Position numbers and translations under genes: made by a program. A DNA stretch of 63,817 bases, the filler included, from Octopus bimaculoides (taxonomy: Eukaryota): assembly GCF_001194135.2 (NCBI RefSeq). It is 11 parts of 9 records of this genome, joined end to end, with 100 filler letters (N's around TTAATTAATTAA, not from the genome) between each part and the next. Parts side by side here need not be neighbours in the genome. Positions count along the whole stretch, not along the records: positions 1 to 19,182 come from NC_068987.1; 10 more parts are not named here. One strand, given 5' to 3'. Shown here piece by piece: positions 1 to 12,069 of this stretch. Within the stretch, counting starts at the first letter, position 1; each line of letters opens with the position of its first letter. Below the pieces are notes generated by a model. It was not told the origin of the DNA and ran no database searches. It saw only the letters and a list, made by a program, of their open reading frames with translations.

Positions 1-3
1 GTG

Positions 4-44
<41 letters not shown>

Positions 45-138
45 TTTGGAAGAAGAAGAAGAAGAAGAAGAAGAAGAAGAAGAAGAAGAAGAAGAAGAAG
101 AAGAAGAAGAAGAAGAAGAAGAAGAAGAAGAAGAAGAA
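1..138. repeat. Compound microsatellite (GTA)n then (GAA)n
   Basis: Perfect trinucleotide runs read directly. Confidence 0.98.
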
Positions 139-139
139 A

Positions 140-560
140 GTAGCGCTGGAGGTAGTGCTTTTGATATTGCTGTTTAATTGTAGTGCTGATTGCTGTTGCT
201 GTTATTGCTGCTACTGCTACTGCTACTACTGCTGCCCTTGTTGTTGCTGTTGTTATTGTCGTTGTTGTCACAGCTGCTGCTGTTGTTGTTCCCCTTGCTT
301 TTGCGCCTCAACGATAATCGTGAAAAACCGAGAGCAACTCCATTCAAGCAAACGCTCACAAACGCTCCGGTCACTGACGTTATGTTAAAAGGTCACACCG
401 ACAGTTGACCGCTTTACTAAAGCATGTTCTCATTATGGTTGACATTTCTTATTCTGTAATGCAGTGTTGTTACTGTTGTTTTTGCTGCTGCTGTTGTTGT
501 TGCTTCTTTTGTTTTGCTTTTCTTCTTCTTTTTCTTCCTTTTCTTCTTTTTCTTCTTCAT
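140..560. repeat. Low-complexity CTG/TTG/TTC triplet region around a short CpG-containing unique core (about 300-460)
   Basis: Imperfect triplet runs; the ORFs here are homopolymeric artefacts. Confidence 0.8.
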
Positions 561-625
561 TGTTGCTTATATTAGCTCCAGGTCAGGTCCGAACCAGCAG
601 AACTATGATCAGAAGTATTCCAGCC

Positions 626-763
626 GGATGTGGCTGTGTGGTAAGAAATTTGCTTTCTAACTGCATGGTTCTGGGCCCAGTCCTACTGCGAGGCATGTTG
701 GGCTTTTTACTATGAGTTTCGATCGATGACAGCATTGTGAGCGCATTTGGTTGACGGAAACTC

Positions 764-768
<5 letters not shown>
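626..768 (+). mobile_element. tRNA-derived SINE family S1, 5' head
   Basis: GGATGTGGCTGTGTGGTAAGAA...TTGGTTGACGGAAACTCAAAGA matches other copies in the window (31145, 33905, 55920). Confidence 0.8.
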
Positions 769-810
<42 letters not shown>

Positions 811-1199
811 CATTTCTTTTATTAGCCACACAGCGCTTTACACAGAAGGGACAAATACAATGTAGAGCTTCCCTTTTTGGGAGGGGGAAGGAGAGAGAAA
901 AAAAGGCAGGGGTCGATCAAAAGGGATCAAGAAAAAAAAGCGATCAATAGGGATCGTGTATCACAGCAATGTTCTCGTGTAAAAAAGGGGCGACAGTTTA
1001 GGTTTAGCCGTGGAAAGAAAAGCCTACGGAAAAGACCACGGTAACCTTGGCCAATATTGTCATTGTCATTTAAGAAACCATAATAGTAGGTGACTCTCTT
1101 TTGCCTTTTTGTTTTTTTTTCTTGATTTTTTTACTCCTTTATAGGGTTATGCTCATGGTGGCTCCGTCATTCACACGTGCCATTCTTGAATGACGGAGC
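811..1199 (-). mobile_element. 5'-truncated L1/Tx1-clade LINE 3' end embedded in (GATA)n
   Basis: Minus strand encodes ...RMARVNDGATMSITL* (stop 1139-1141), then a 3' UTR with AATAAA (818-823); (GATA)n on both sides (767-810, 1200-1263). Clade call is from a recalled C-terminus. Confidence 0.65.
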
Positions 1200-1263
<64 letters not shown>

Positions 1264-1579
1264 CAGAACAATTTGATTCAGAATACTTGGTGCTCTAAGT
1301 TTCAAGCGCGTGGCTAGTCTTCAGCCATTGGAGTCTGAATGAGAGTTCGATTGAAGAGATTCAATGTTTATTACTGGACGTTAGCCTGCACGTTGGCAAG
1401 TGCAAAGATCATTAGTAGATCGATAGCTGGACAGACATGCACGTTAGCAAATGCGAAGATCGTTAGTTGATCGTTAGCTAGACGGGCGGTAAAATGCTAA
1501 CTTAGTCGTTGCAGACTACAGAAGTGTTGTGCTCGCAATTGTGTTTGCAGTTCTTTCGCAAAACTTCTTTTCTCCAACC

Positions 1580-3361
1580 ATGGGTCCGAAGAAACTGAAT
1601 GCAAAGGACAGTGCTGAGAAGAAGCGGATAATGTACATTGGATTAAAGAAAGAAATTATCGAAAAACATGATGAAGGTGTGCGTGTAGTCCACTTGGCGA
1701 AGCAGTACGAGTGTAGCAGCACTTCTACGATCTGTACCATACTGAAGCAGAAGGAATCGATAAAGGTTATAACGCATTAAAATAATTTCTAAACAGTAGA
1801 AAACTACCCATGAAAATATGGAGAAACTGCTGATAGTGTGGTTGACGGAGAAGCAGCTCACAGGAAATACCGTGCCGAAGGCTATAATCTGCGAGAAGAC
1901 ACGAGCTATTTACGTTGATTTGCTGTAGCAGACCCCAGGCACCTGTATGGACGAGGCATCGGGTGATCCGTTTAAAGCCAGTTGGTGCTGGATCGAGAAT
2001 TTTAAAAAGAGGACCGGTATTCATTCCCTTATAAGGCATGGTGAAGTAGCGAGCGCGGATATGAAGGCAGCTGACGGCTGCCTCAAAACTTTTGCCGGAA
2101 ATACAGCAGTCGAAGGATACATCCCCCAGCAAATCTTCAACTGTGATAAGAGAGGACCTTTTGGAAGAAGATGCCAAGGGAGACTTATATAATAGCAGAG
2201 GAGAAGAGGATGCCAGGCCACAAACCCATGAAGGATAGGCTAACCCTCGCACTGTACACCAATGCGAGCGGCGACTGCAAGATTAAGCCACATCTCGTTT
2301 AATATTCGGAAAATCCCTGAGCCTTAAGTTACGTAAGATTCTGAATGAAAAACTGCAGATTATGTGAAGAGCAAACCCGAGGGCGTAGGTCACCAGTTCT
2401 TTGTGGAGTGGGTGAATTTGGTCTTTGGTCCTGACGTTAAGAAATATCTCTAGGAAAATAACCTATCCCTGCAAGCCCTTCGCGTTCTGGTCGATGCACC
2501 TGCTCACTCACCTAACCTCGAAGATGACATCCTCCAAGGGTTCAAATTTATAAAGGTCTTCTACCTTCCACCCAACAGCACCCCTATCCTGCAGCCCTTG
2601 TACCAGCAGGTGATTTCTAATTTCAAGAAACTCTTCACCAAGCATCTGTTCCGCCGCTGCTGAGGTGACGGTGAATACAAACCTCACCCTTCGAGAGTTC
2701 TGGAAGGAGCGCTATAACATCGTGATATGCCTCGGAATTACCGATATGGGCTGGCAGGGTGTTACAATTTTCAGGAAATAGGTGATGCAGCGGAGGCGGA
2801 GGAGGTTATTTCTACAAGTGCGATAAAGATAATGTTGGGAATGTGGTTGAAACTTTCAGACTTTATTCAAAAGAAACACCCAGAAAAAGTTGCAACTGGA
2901 CGTGCGACGGCACTATTTAGTGACACTTGCTTAACACATTTCAGAAACATTCTGAAAGAGAAGATGAAACACACTTCATTGGACAGGGTTTTATTGAAAA
3001 CTCTTGCAGATGAAAGTGAGGAAAGCGTGACGAAAAGGGCAAAAGTCAGCGAATAAGATCCAGTTATTCAATTCAGCCTTTCTCCTCCGCCTCCGTCAGC
3101 ACCTTCAAGTCGTCTGATCTCCAAGGTAAATGCTGTACATTATACTTAATAAAACCAGTTTATTGCAATACATTCTATTGTATTGTTTGTTTGTTTTTAA
3201 ATACAATATTCTTTATTTATAAGTACATTTTTCTTATTTAAAAACACAGATTAATGGCATTTCAATTCATTTCATTGGAGAAAATTGATTTCACATACGA
3301 GTAATCTAAGTTACGAGCTCCGTCACGGAACGAATTAAACTCGTAAGTCAAGGCACCACTG
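1580..3361 (+). pseudogene. Tigger/pogo (TIGD1-like) DNA transposon; decayed transposase 1580-3056 and 3' TIR
   Basis: MGPKK...KKEIIEKH HTH, FKAS.CW.ENFKKRTGIH, FNCDKRG, GHKPMKDRLTL, DAPAH, QPLYQQ (third catalytic D lost); multiple stops and frameshifts and an internal deletion; 3' TIR ...AAGGCACCACTG followed by TA at 3362. 5' TIR not found. Confidence 0.93.
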
Positions 3362-3403
3362 TATGTATATGTTTATCTATGTATGTATGTATGTATGTAT
3401 GTA

Positions 3404-3434
<31 letters not shown>

Positions 3435-3550
3435 ATGTATGTATGTGTGTATGTATGTATGTATGCATGTATGCATGTGTGTGTATGTATGTATGTATGT
3501 ATATATGTATGTATACACGGACATATATGCACATACATACATACATACAC

Positions 3551-3580
<30 letters not shown>
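3362..3580. repeat. (TATG)n/(CATA)n microsatellite
   Basis: Read directly. Confidence 0.95.
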
Positions 3581-3581
<1 letters not shown>

Positions 3582-4554
3582 AGTTTCAGACATTAAGCAG
3601 AACCATGATAACGGAAAATTCTCACACAGGACGCGGACGTACTCTTTCCTCTTCAGTTATCGTCCAAATATTCATTACAATTTCACGCCTTTAACGATAA
3701 TATTGTTCACTTTTGGTGGCGTCAACAATGAAAAGCTGTTGGGAATAGCGATGGAACGTTGAGGATAACAACGAAAACAAACACAGCACAGTAATGTACA
3801 TTAAACAAATGAAATATAGGCCGTGCGGCTCTGAGACAAGACATATGTATAAGTAATGAAATGTGTGTATATACATATGTGTGTATGTGTGTGTGCGTGT
3901 ATGTACGTATATATGTATGTATGTACACACACACGCACACACACACATGCACACGTATGTACGTATATATTTTGCTCGAAGCTGTTCATTGAAGCCTTTG
4001 GTAGAAATCTGCAAAAGAAAATGTATTCATATCGTATATTTCGATAAATATTTATAATATTTAACTTCAATCCAAGTTCAACCTCTGTTTATTGATGTTC
4101 TTTGCTTTTGATTGCCTGTGTACATAAAATGGAAGCAAAAAAAACCATTTGTATTTACTGACATTTCAGTTTCACATCTACACTGTGCTTCACGCAGTCC
4201 ATCTCGCGATTATATGTAATCTTTCATTTGCCTTCCGGCAGAAGGTGTTATTATTATTTTTTTTTTTTCAAATATACATCTGGCTACCAGAAACACATAT
4301 GTGCCCCGTTTATACAGTACCAACAGGGTGCAGCAGAAAAAAAAAACAAAAGAAACAAAAAACAACTCTTCCACATTTTATATGACCTCTGGTGTGGCAC
4401 TGGTAAAGTTATGCAGGTTGTAATTTTTTCTTCATATAGTTAGGGTTTTATCGTTACTATCATAGATATCTCGTTACTATCATAGATTACTCCGGTGCAT
4501 ATTGTGCGTTTGTCAATTTCAGAAATGTGGGATTTGTTTGTCGCATGATATCAT

Positions 4555-4760
4555 CTTGTGTCTTTTATCTTTTATCACTGGATTGCAGCCATACTGGGGC
4601 ACCACCTTGAAGGGTTTAAGTAGAAAGAATCGCTCCCAATACTTAAATTCTTGGCAAAAGCCTGGTGCCGAACTTCTAATTTACGGGGACCTAAACAAAC
4701 TAACACCGGTTTATTTATTTACAGAGACACACACTCATACATACATACATACATACATAC
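4555..4760 (-). mobile_element. SINE S1 3' half, diverged
   Basis: GCAGCCATACTGGGGCACCACCTTGAAGGG...GGGGACCTAAAC is homologous to 31145-31330. Confidence 0.7.
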
Positions 4761-4799
4761 ATATGTATGTATGCATGTGTGTGTGTCTCAAATATACAA

Positions 4800-4883
4800 A
4801 AACAGAAGACAGGGACAGGTGAGGAAACAATAAACAAAGTGTATTAGTATGATGCGCAGGGAAAGTGTTTGACGTTTCAAGCC
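4800..4883 (-). mobile_element. PLE terminal (pLTR-like) fragment, inverted relative to 6765-6845
   Basis: Reverse complement GGCTTGAAACGTC...ACTAATACAC aligns with GGCTCGAAACGT...AACTAATACATC at 6779-6832. Confidence 0.6.
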
Positions 4884-5075
4884 CCTCCCCCCCCTCTCTC
4901 TCTCTCTCTCTCAACGGAATTACCCATCGGAGGAATTCACGGAGTAACTAACAACATATTGTCACGGGTGTTAAATAGTGATCGTTGTGGGTAGCCGTTA
5001 ACTGGAACTTAACTGAGAGCGAATACGGTATCCACCCGGATAATATATCTATCCAAACTCATATATATATATATC

Positions 5076-6130
5076 CTTCCATGCTGTCCTCGAATTCTCT
5101 TGCACTATCTCTAACTCTTCCGTCGAATTTCTCGACATTTCTGTCAACATACACCACTCCGACTCTCACTACCTCCATCCACTACAAACACACTGACTCA
5201 CACTCCTACTTTAACGTCTCATCCTCCCACCCTACCCACACCAAGCTCTCCATCCTCTACTCCCAATTCCTCCGTCTGCGCAGGTTCTGCAATGACAACC
5301 ATGACTTTGAGACTCAGTCTCAACTTATGGCACGCCACTTCATCCTACGTGGATATCCCCTCACCACTATCCGCATAGCCCTTGCCAGGGCACGAACTGT
5401 GGACTATGCCTCTGCTTTTTCTCCTCACACCCGCCCCGCCGTTGCCCGACTACCGTTTCCCCTCACCTCCCACCCCTCCACCCTGCCCCTCCAACGCATC
5501 ATTCTCCGAGCCTTCCGGCGACTCCAATCCAACCTCTTCACTTCGCACATCTTCCCCAAACTACCCCTTCTTTCTTTCAAACGATTCCATAACCTGTGTA
5601 ACCTCCTTGTCCACAGTTTCTTCTCTAACGCCACCTCCTAGCCTGGCTCGTTCCCCTGCTGCCGCCCACGCTATCGCATCGGCCCCTACCTCTGCAACAC
5701 ACCTTCCTCACAGGCACCCATCATCGTCACTATCACATCACCGACTCCTTTACCTGCACTTCCAATAATGTCATTTACTGCATCTCTTGCTCTTTCTGTC
5801 CTTCCCTGTACATCGGTCAAACGGGACGCCGCTTGGCTGACCGGTTCGCAGAGCACCTCCGAGACATCAGACTCGGCAATGACATCCCGGTCTCACGCCA
5901 TTTCCGCTCTACATTCGCTATATCAGTCTGTTTTCGGACTCTGTTTGCACAGAGGCCACCCGGACTCCCGCCTTCTCTCTTTTCTCTTTTGCACCATATG
6001 GGCTCAACTCACCTCCTCTCTTCCTCTGACACTATCCTCACCTCCTCTATTCATTTGCCACCAACCCCACACCACTCCACACACACTAGACTAGCACTGA
6101 CCACTTCTCAACACCTACACCACACACCAT
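5076..6130 (+). pseudogene. Penelope-like retroelement: RT C-terminus/thumb, Cys-rich linker, GIY-YIG endonuclease; 5'-truncated
   Basis: FLDISV (5128), HYKHTDSHSY, YSQFLRLRRFC, RGYP, VIYC...YIGQTGRRLADRFAEH (5770-5850); frameshifts and stops. Confidence 0.93.
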
Positions 6131-6588
6131 CATCTATACACCCACACACCATCTTCAATAGCGTCACCGCACATACCTCTGTATGAGCTGCTACACACAC
6201 TGTTTAACTCAGTACACACACCATCATGCACACTTCCACACCCACACAAGCACTAAATACACGAACACAGACAATACATATTTACACACGCGACACACAC
6301 ACGTGACACATGCACACACACACGTCACACACGTACACACAACACACACGTAACTCACACACATACACACTCTCACACGTCAGAGTCACCCGCCCTTAGT
6401 CACACATACATACTTACACACTCACAAACATCATTCTTACGTACATACAAGCACGTGTACCTTCTCTTGGGTAGTACTATTATTAGCTCCCTTTCATTCA
6501 ACCTGTTTTGGTATTATTATCTCCTTCTCTTTCAACCTCATTTTCCTAATCATTCGTCATGCTGTACCACTGAACTCTACACGTTTTA

Positions 6589-6629
<41 letters not shown>

Positions 6630-6764
6630 NNNNNNNNNNNNNNNNNNNNNNNNNNNNNNNNNNNNNNNNNNNNNNNNNNNNNNNNNNNNNNNNNNNNNNN
6701 NNNNNNNNNNNNNNNNNNNNNNNNNNNNNNNNNNNNNNNNNNNNNNNNNNNNNNNNNNNNNNNN

Positions 6765-6845
6765 TGTTGAAGAGCGTAGGCTCGAAACGTAGAAGAATTT
6801 TTCATTTTCTCCGACCGTCAAACTAATACATCTGTCTTCGTCTTT
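6765..6845 (+). mobile_element. PLE terminal fragment with hammerhead-like core
   Basis: TTGAAGA-GCGTAGGCTC-GAAA-CGTA (6767-6791) with a palindromic ACGT helix III; 5' side is lost in a gap. Confidence 0.55.
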
Positions 6846-6847
6846 TG

Positions 6848-6952
6848 CTTTAAGTTTCAAGAAAGTTACTTTAAGTTTCAAGAAAGTTACTTTAAGTTTC
6901 AAGAAAGTTACTTTAAGTTTCAAGAAAGTTACTTTAAGTTTCAAGAAAGTTA
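6848..6952. repeat. Minisatellite, 5 perfect copies of 21 bp CTTTAAGTTTCAAGAAAGTTA
   Basis: Counted directly. Confidence 0.97.
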
Positions 6953-6959
6953 CTTGAAA

Positions 6960-9014
6960 CTATCAGATGTCAAATAATTTAAGTAGTCATGATGGTGGTG
7001 ACGACCGTTACCTTACCTCAGTTTATAAGAGACAAGAGTTTGCGTAGAAACACTTATGTAACAGCGAAAATGAGGTTGGACGACCTCTCGCTCAGCAGTG
7101 GTTCAGTAAAGATGCAGACTGACCACAGTTGTTATCCTAAGACAGCATCAGCAGATAATAGAGTAAGGAGGAGGAAGTGGACCAGCGAAGAAAACTGGAT
7201 AGTAATGCAGTGCTATTTAGAAAGTGAACCTAAAAGAAAGGGTTATAGAAAACGGATGCTAACACTTTGGGTAGAGAAGAGTATGTGTAAAGTGACTGAG
7301 CAGAGACTAGTAGATCAAGCTAATACTATTAGGAGAAGAAAGTGAATGACAGAATTGGAGGTGGAAGATATCACAAGAGAACTGGAAAAGGAATACCAGG
7401 CAGTAGAAAAGACAAACAACATAAGAAATACAGTTCAAACCAAAGAAGAACCTAAAGAAGAAAATAATAATAGCACTACCAATAAGGAAGGGACAACTGG
7501 CACCAACAATTTAAGTGATTTAAGTGAGGAATCAGAAGATTTTACATGAGTAATGGGTAAAGAATTAAGGAAAAAGATTGCCAGCATTAAAAGCTACCAA
7601 CAGAAGGAAGTTGCTAGATATGACTAGGAAAGTAGATGCTGTTATCAGTAGGATAGATACTAAAAATATAGGTGACATTAACTTATTGATCTATTCAGGA
7701 GTTGTAGTAGTTACTAGAAAGCTTAGAAAAGAGAAAATGTGGAAAAGAAGACTACAAAATAAAGTGAAGACTTGAAGACAAGATCTAAGTGGAATAGAAG
7801 CCTGGAAACTGAACAAGTTAAGATACACAGGATTTACATCTTCTGTTGAGAAAAGATACTTTGTCAAAAAGAAAGGATTTGGGACAATCATAGAAGAATT
7901 GAAACAGCGTATCATAACAGTTACAGGTAAGCTTTCCAGATATCAGAAAAGAATAGATCAGTATCAACGGAATAGATTATTTGAGACAGACCAGAGGAGA
8001 TTTTCTAACCAAATAAATAGTGGAGAAGACAGTACTTAATGCAGAAGAAGCTAGAAAGTTCTGGAGTAATATTTGGGATAAGCCAGTCAATCATAATGGA
8101 GATGCAGTATGGTTAAAGAAAGTAAAGGAAGAAGTAGTAAGTCAGAAGTAGACAGACCTAAGACTGACTAGTACATTAATGAGTAAAGTGTTAGGAAAAA
8201 TGCCGAATTGTAAGGGCCCAGGACAAAATTTAGTTCAAAGTTACTAGTTAAAGAAATTTAGTAGTTTACATTGGAGGTTGAGGGAACAACTTCAGGATTG
8301 CCTTAATGGAAGAATAGTACCAGATTGGATGACTAGAGAGTGAATTACGCAGTAAGGGACTACACAATCAATTCCATGAAGCAACAACAGAAGTTGCTGG
8401 AAAAAATAGGTGGGATTGGCTGAAGAAAAGAATATTAAAAAGAGAGACCGAGAGCACTATATGGGCAGCGCAAGACTAAGCTTTTGCCACGAACTGGAGG
8501 ATCAACCTTAGGAATAAGCAAGTGCCTCCGTTGTGCCGCATCTGCAATAGTGTGGATGAAACCATTGCCCAAATCACGAACAAATGCCCTAGATTTTCCC
8601 AAAATCACTACAGGGTGTGGCGACGCGATCAGGTAGCGAAAGCGCTACATTAGAAACTGTGCGAAAAGTGGTGGCTAGAGAGAAGCAAGACGTGGTATGA
8701 GAACAAACCGCAGAGAGAGGCGGAGTCGGAGACTAACAAAATCCTCTGGGATTTCTCAATATAAACACATGAGGTGCTAGAACATAACAGACTGGACCTA
8801 GTGGTGGTGGCCAATGTGCACCACATATGCTATATAGTTGATATTGCATGCCCCTTTGACCCACGAATAGTCAAGAATGAAGGCGAAAAGATAGATTTTT
8901 AAAAAGCAGCTTTATTTGGGCACATCGCACATCTTAAGGAAAGTATTATCTGTTGTGACTTGACAGATGACTAAAGACTCCGGTGTATTTTTTACCTACA
9001 CTATGTTACGAAGA

Positions 9015-9015
<1 letters not shown>
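6960..9015 (+). mobile_element. R4/Dong-clade RLE retrotransposon, internally deleted, ending in (AAT)n
   Basis: N-terminal RRKWTSEEN..VMQCY..SEP.RKGYRKRM..W motif; CRIC...ETI Zn knuckle; KILWDF...RLDLVV...DIACPFD RLE; GTSHILRKVL end; (AAT)n 9015-9087. Most of the RT is missing near 8340. Confidence 0.9.
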
Positions 9016-9087
<72 letters not shown>

Positions 9088-9089
9088 TT

Positions 9090-9181
9090 AATACATGAAC
9101 TTCTAATTTGTTGTCTCTTGAGGTCTCTGGGCGAGACTTGGATCCAACTTGTACAAATGCAGAACAAAAGTCAAACATAAA
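9090..9181 (+). mobile_element. About 90-bp probable R4-type 3' UTR fragment between two (AAT)n arrays
   Basis: GTTGTCTCTTGAGGTCTCTGGGCGAGACTTGGATCC... resembles recalled R4 3' ends; flanked by (AAT)n on both sides. Confidence 0.5.
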
Positions 9182-9404
9182 ATAATAATAATAATAATAA
9201 TAATAATAACCCTTTGTCTTTATATCACACTTGGAACTTCTTTTTTGTTCTCATTATTCACAGTGAGTTTCGACCTCGATGCATTTGAAGTTCTCTCTCG
9301 TTTACTTTCCTTCAATATCATGTGGTCGTTGATTCCAAAGAGTTCTTTCCCTTCAGTGTTTTCAAAAGGTACATGCAATTCATATCAATATAACATTTAA
9401 ACTC

Positions 9405-9960
9405 CGACGGCGCCAACTGCCAGAATCGTTAGCACGCAGGGGGAAAGGTTCATTACATCGACCCCTGTACTTGATTGCCACTTTATTTTATAGAGCTTGG
9501 AAGTATGAAATGAAATGTGGATCACTGCGGGATTTGAACTCAGAATGTGAAGAGTCATTAAGAAATAAAGCAGTCGTGATCAAACTTCGGTTTTCAGGAC
9601 TTTCTGAATGGCATGCCAACGAAAAATTACCTCCTGATGATGAGTCATGTCTCATGCGGTCCACTTCACGGGAAAAGTTGCCCCACGCCTTAAATGAAGC
9701 GAAGCGTCTCAGACTGCACTCTAAGAATGCTGCCAATCCAACACCTTAAATTTCCATAAAATAATTCTTTCTAATTTCGGCATAAGACCATCAGTTTTTG
9801 TTGTTGTTTGTTTGGTTTCTTTTTTTTTGGGGGGGGGGGTAGAAAATGGAGATAGTTAATTGAATCGACCCCAGTACTTGTCTGATTCTTTATTTTACAG
9901 AGCCCAGAAAGATGAAAGGAAAAGTTTACCTTGGTGCTATTTGAATTCAGAACATAAGGA
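9405..9960. mobile_element. Fragments of SINE family S2 (plus-strand head at about 9405-9440; minus-strand bodies at about 9441-9550 and 9770-9960)
   Basis: CAGAATCGTTAGCACG, ATCGACCCC, GATTTGAACTCAGAA shared with the full copy at 32984-33215. Confidence 0.65.
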
Positions 9961-11124
9961 GCATGAAGAAATGCCACAAAACAACTCGTCCAACACTCCA
10001 ATGATTCTACCAGACCTTAAACTAACAGGAACCGTGATAACGTCGATAGAAGACAGAACACCAGTCCTGCTAACAACATTATATTAATGCTGTTGTATAT
10101 CAAATGATATTTAAGTTTTTCCCGGGTGTAACTTAAAAGACATGTCTGGTAAAGAAATGTATCTCAAGATTGACGAATGGTTCCTCCTGGAAGACTAAGA
10201 AAGGATAAAAGCGAAGTCCATCGTTCCATCCTAATCTGGTAGGGTATCACATATATAATAACACTCATTTGTAAAACAGCAAACGACAGAGTTTATCTAT
10301 GCAATTACTAGGTAAAAGTTCCCTCAAGTCATATCTAAAAGCGAAAAGCAATGAGCAAGGGAAATAACTCCAATACGATTTTCTTTTGATGTTTTACTAA
10401 GAGAGGAAGACAGTCAACATTTTAAAGGAACGTATTGCCGATTGAATTAACTCGACAATACCCCTTGGTGTTTTATGGAGGAAAGGCAAAGTTGACATTG
10501 GTGACGATTGAACTCGAATCCTGAAGATCCGTAACCAAATATCGCAAGATGCTGATTGAAAGAAAAGGGAAAGAACTCTCGAGAACACAAAAACACATGC
10601 ACACGCTGAGAAACCCATGCATGCACGCTCATACACTCACACACAACACCACAAAATCACAAATGCACCNNNNNNNNNNNNNNNNNNNNNNNNNNNNNNN
10701 NNNNNNNNNNNNNNNNNNNNNNNNNNNNNNNNNNNNNNNNNNNNNNNNNNNNNNNNNNNNNNNNNNNNNNNNNNNNNNNNNNNNNNNNNNNNNNNNNNNN
10801 NNNNNNNNNNNNNNNNNNNNNNNNNNNNNNNNNNNNNNNNNNNNNNNNNNNNNNNNNNNNNNNNNNNNNNNNNNNNNNNNNNNNNNNNNNNNNNNNNNNN
10901 NNNNNNNNNNNNNNNNNNNNNNNNNNNNNNNNNNNNNNNNNNNNNNNNNNNNNNNNNNNNNNNNNNNNNNNNNNNNNNNNNNNNNNNNNNNNNNNNNNNN
11001 NNNNNNNNNNNNNNNNNNNNNNNNNNNNNNNNNNNNNNNNNNNNNNNNNNNNNNNNNNNNNNNNNNNNNNNNNNNNNNNNNNNNNNNNNNNNNNNNNNNT
11101 ATATATATATAAATATATATATAT

Positions 11125-11156
<32 letters not shown>

Positions 11157-11224
11157 TCGCACATATATATATATATATATATATGTGCCAGTGTGTGTGT
11201 TTGTGTGTGTGTGTGTGTGTGTTC

Positions 11225-11402
11225 CCACCACCATCGCTTGACAACCGATGTTGGTGTGTTTACGTAACAGTTCGGCAAAAGAGATCAATAGAATAAGTAC
11301 TAGGCCTACGAAGAATAAGTCCTGGGGTCGATTTGTTCGACTAAAGGTTGTGCTCCAGTATGGCCGCGGTCAAATGACTGAAACAAGGAAAAGAGTAAAA
11401 GA
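11225..11402 (+). mobile_element. SINE S1 3' half
   Basis: CATCGCTTGACAACCGATG...GTGCTCCAGTATGGCCGCGGTCAAATGACTGAAAC. Confidence 0.85.
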
Positions 11403-11434
11403 AATACATACATATATATATATANNNNNNNNNN

Positions 11435-11479
<45 letters not shown>

Positions 11480-12069
11480 GCCTGTGTGTCAGTTGTATGA
11501 AACTGTAGTTATGTGTGGCGAAGGGAAGAGTTTATGAGAACTACCCCAAAACATATCTCATTAATAACTGTAGCAACTAAAACTATGTCATGATACAAGA
11601 GATAGAAATACCCGTTACAGTTGCAGACATCCAGAGAGAGATACGCGTTACCCTAGCAGACTGCCAGATCGCAATACCGTTACTGTATCAGACAGCGCTA
11701 TCTGTCAGCTTCAGTTACCCCAGCATAGCCTCACTTCTAAATATATCAGTTTCAGCATTAGAACTTCAGCAATGCTTTATTTTCCTTTCAGATTTGCACA
11801 TGCCTTATTATATCACATCATATATATGTGTGCGCGCGCGCGCGTACGTGCGTGCGTGTGTGCGTGCGTGTGTGTGTGTGTTTGTGTGTGTGTACATATA
11901 TATATATTTATGTATGTATGTATGTATGTACATGCAAGGGAGGAGCATTGCTTATTGAATTAGCATCAATATATCAGGGGTACTAATTACCTCTATCTGG
12001 AGTAGATTTAAGTGTCATAACTCCTGACACAGCGCAATGCCGTGGACAAGACTTGAACCTCCGATTTTA

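Noticed and set aside
155-408. Poly-Q/N/S-like ORFs
   Set aside because: Low-complexity triplets, stops in the Q frame, no splice or start support.
3348-4070. ORFs rich in YVCM/HTY/IYI here and throughout, and long X-containing ORFs
   Set aside because: Translations of microsatellites or gaps.
6848-6952. CRISPR-like appearance of the 21-bp and 31-bp arrays
   Set aside because: No unique spacers, no cas genes, eukaryotic context.
9580-9760. Possible minus-strand exon ending at GAG|GTAATT
   Set aside because: Weak acceptor, unrecognised peptide, phase does not fit the 47 kb candidate.
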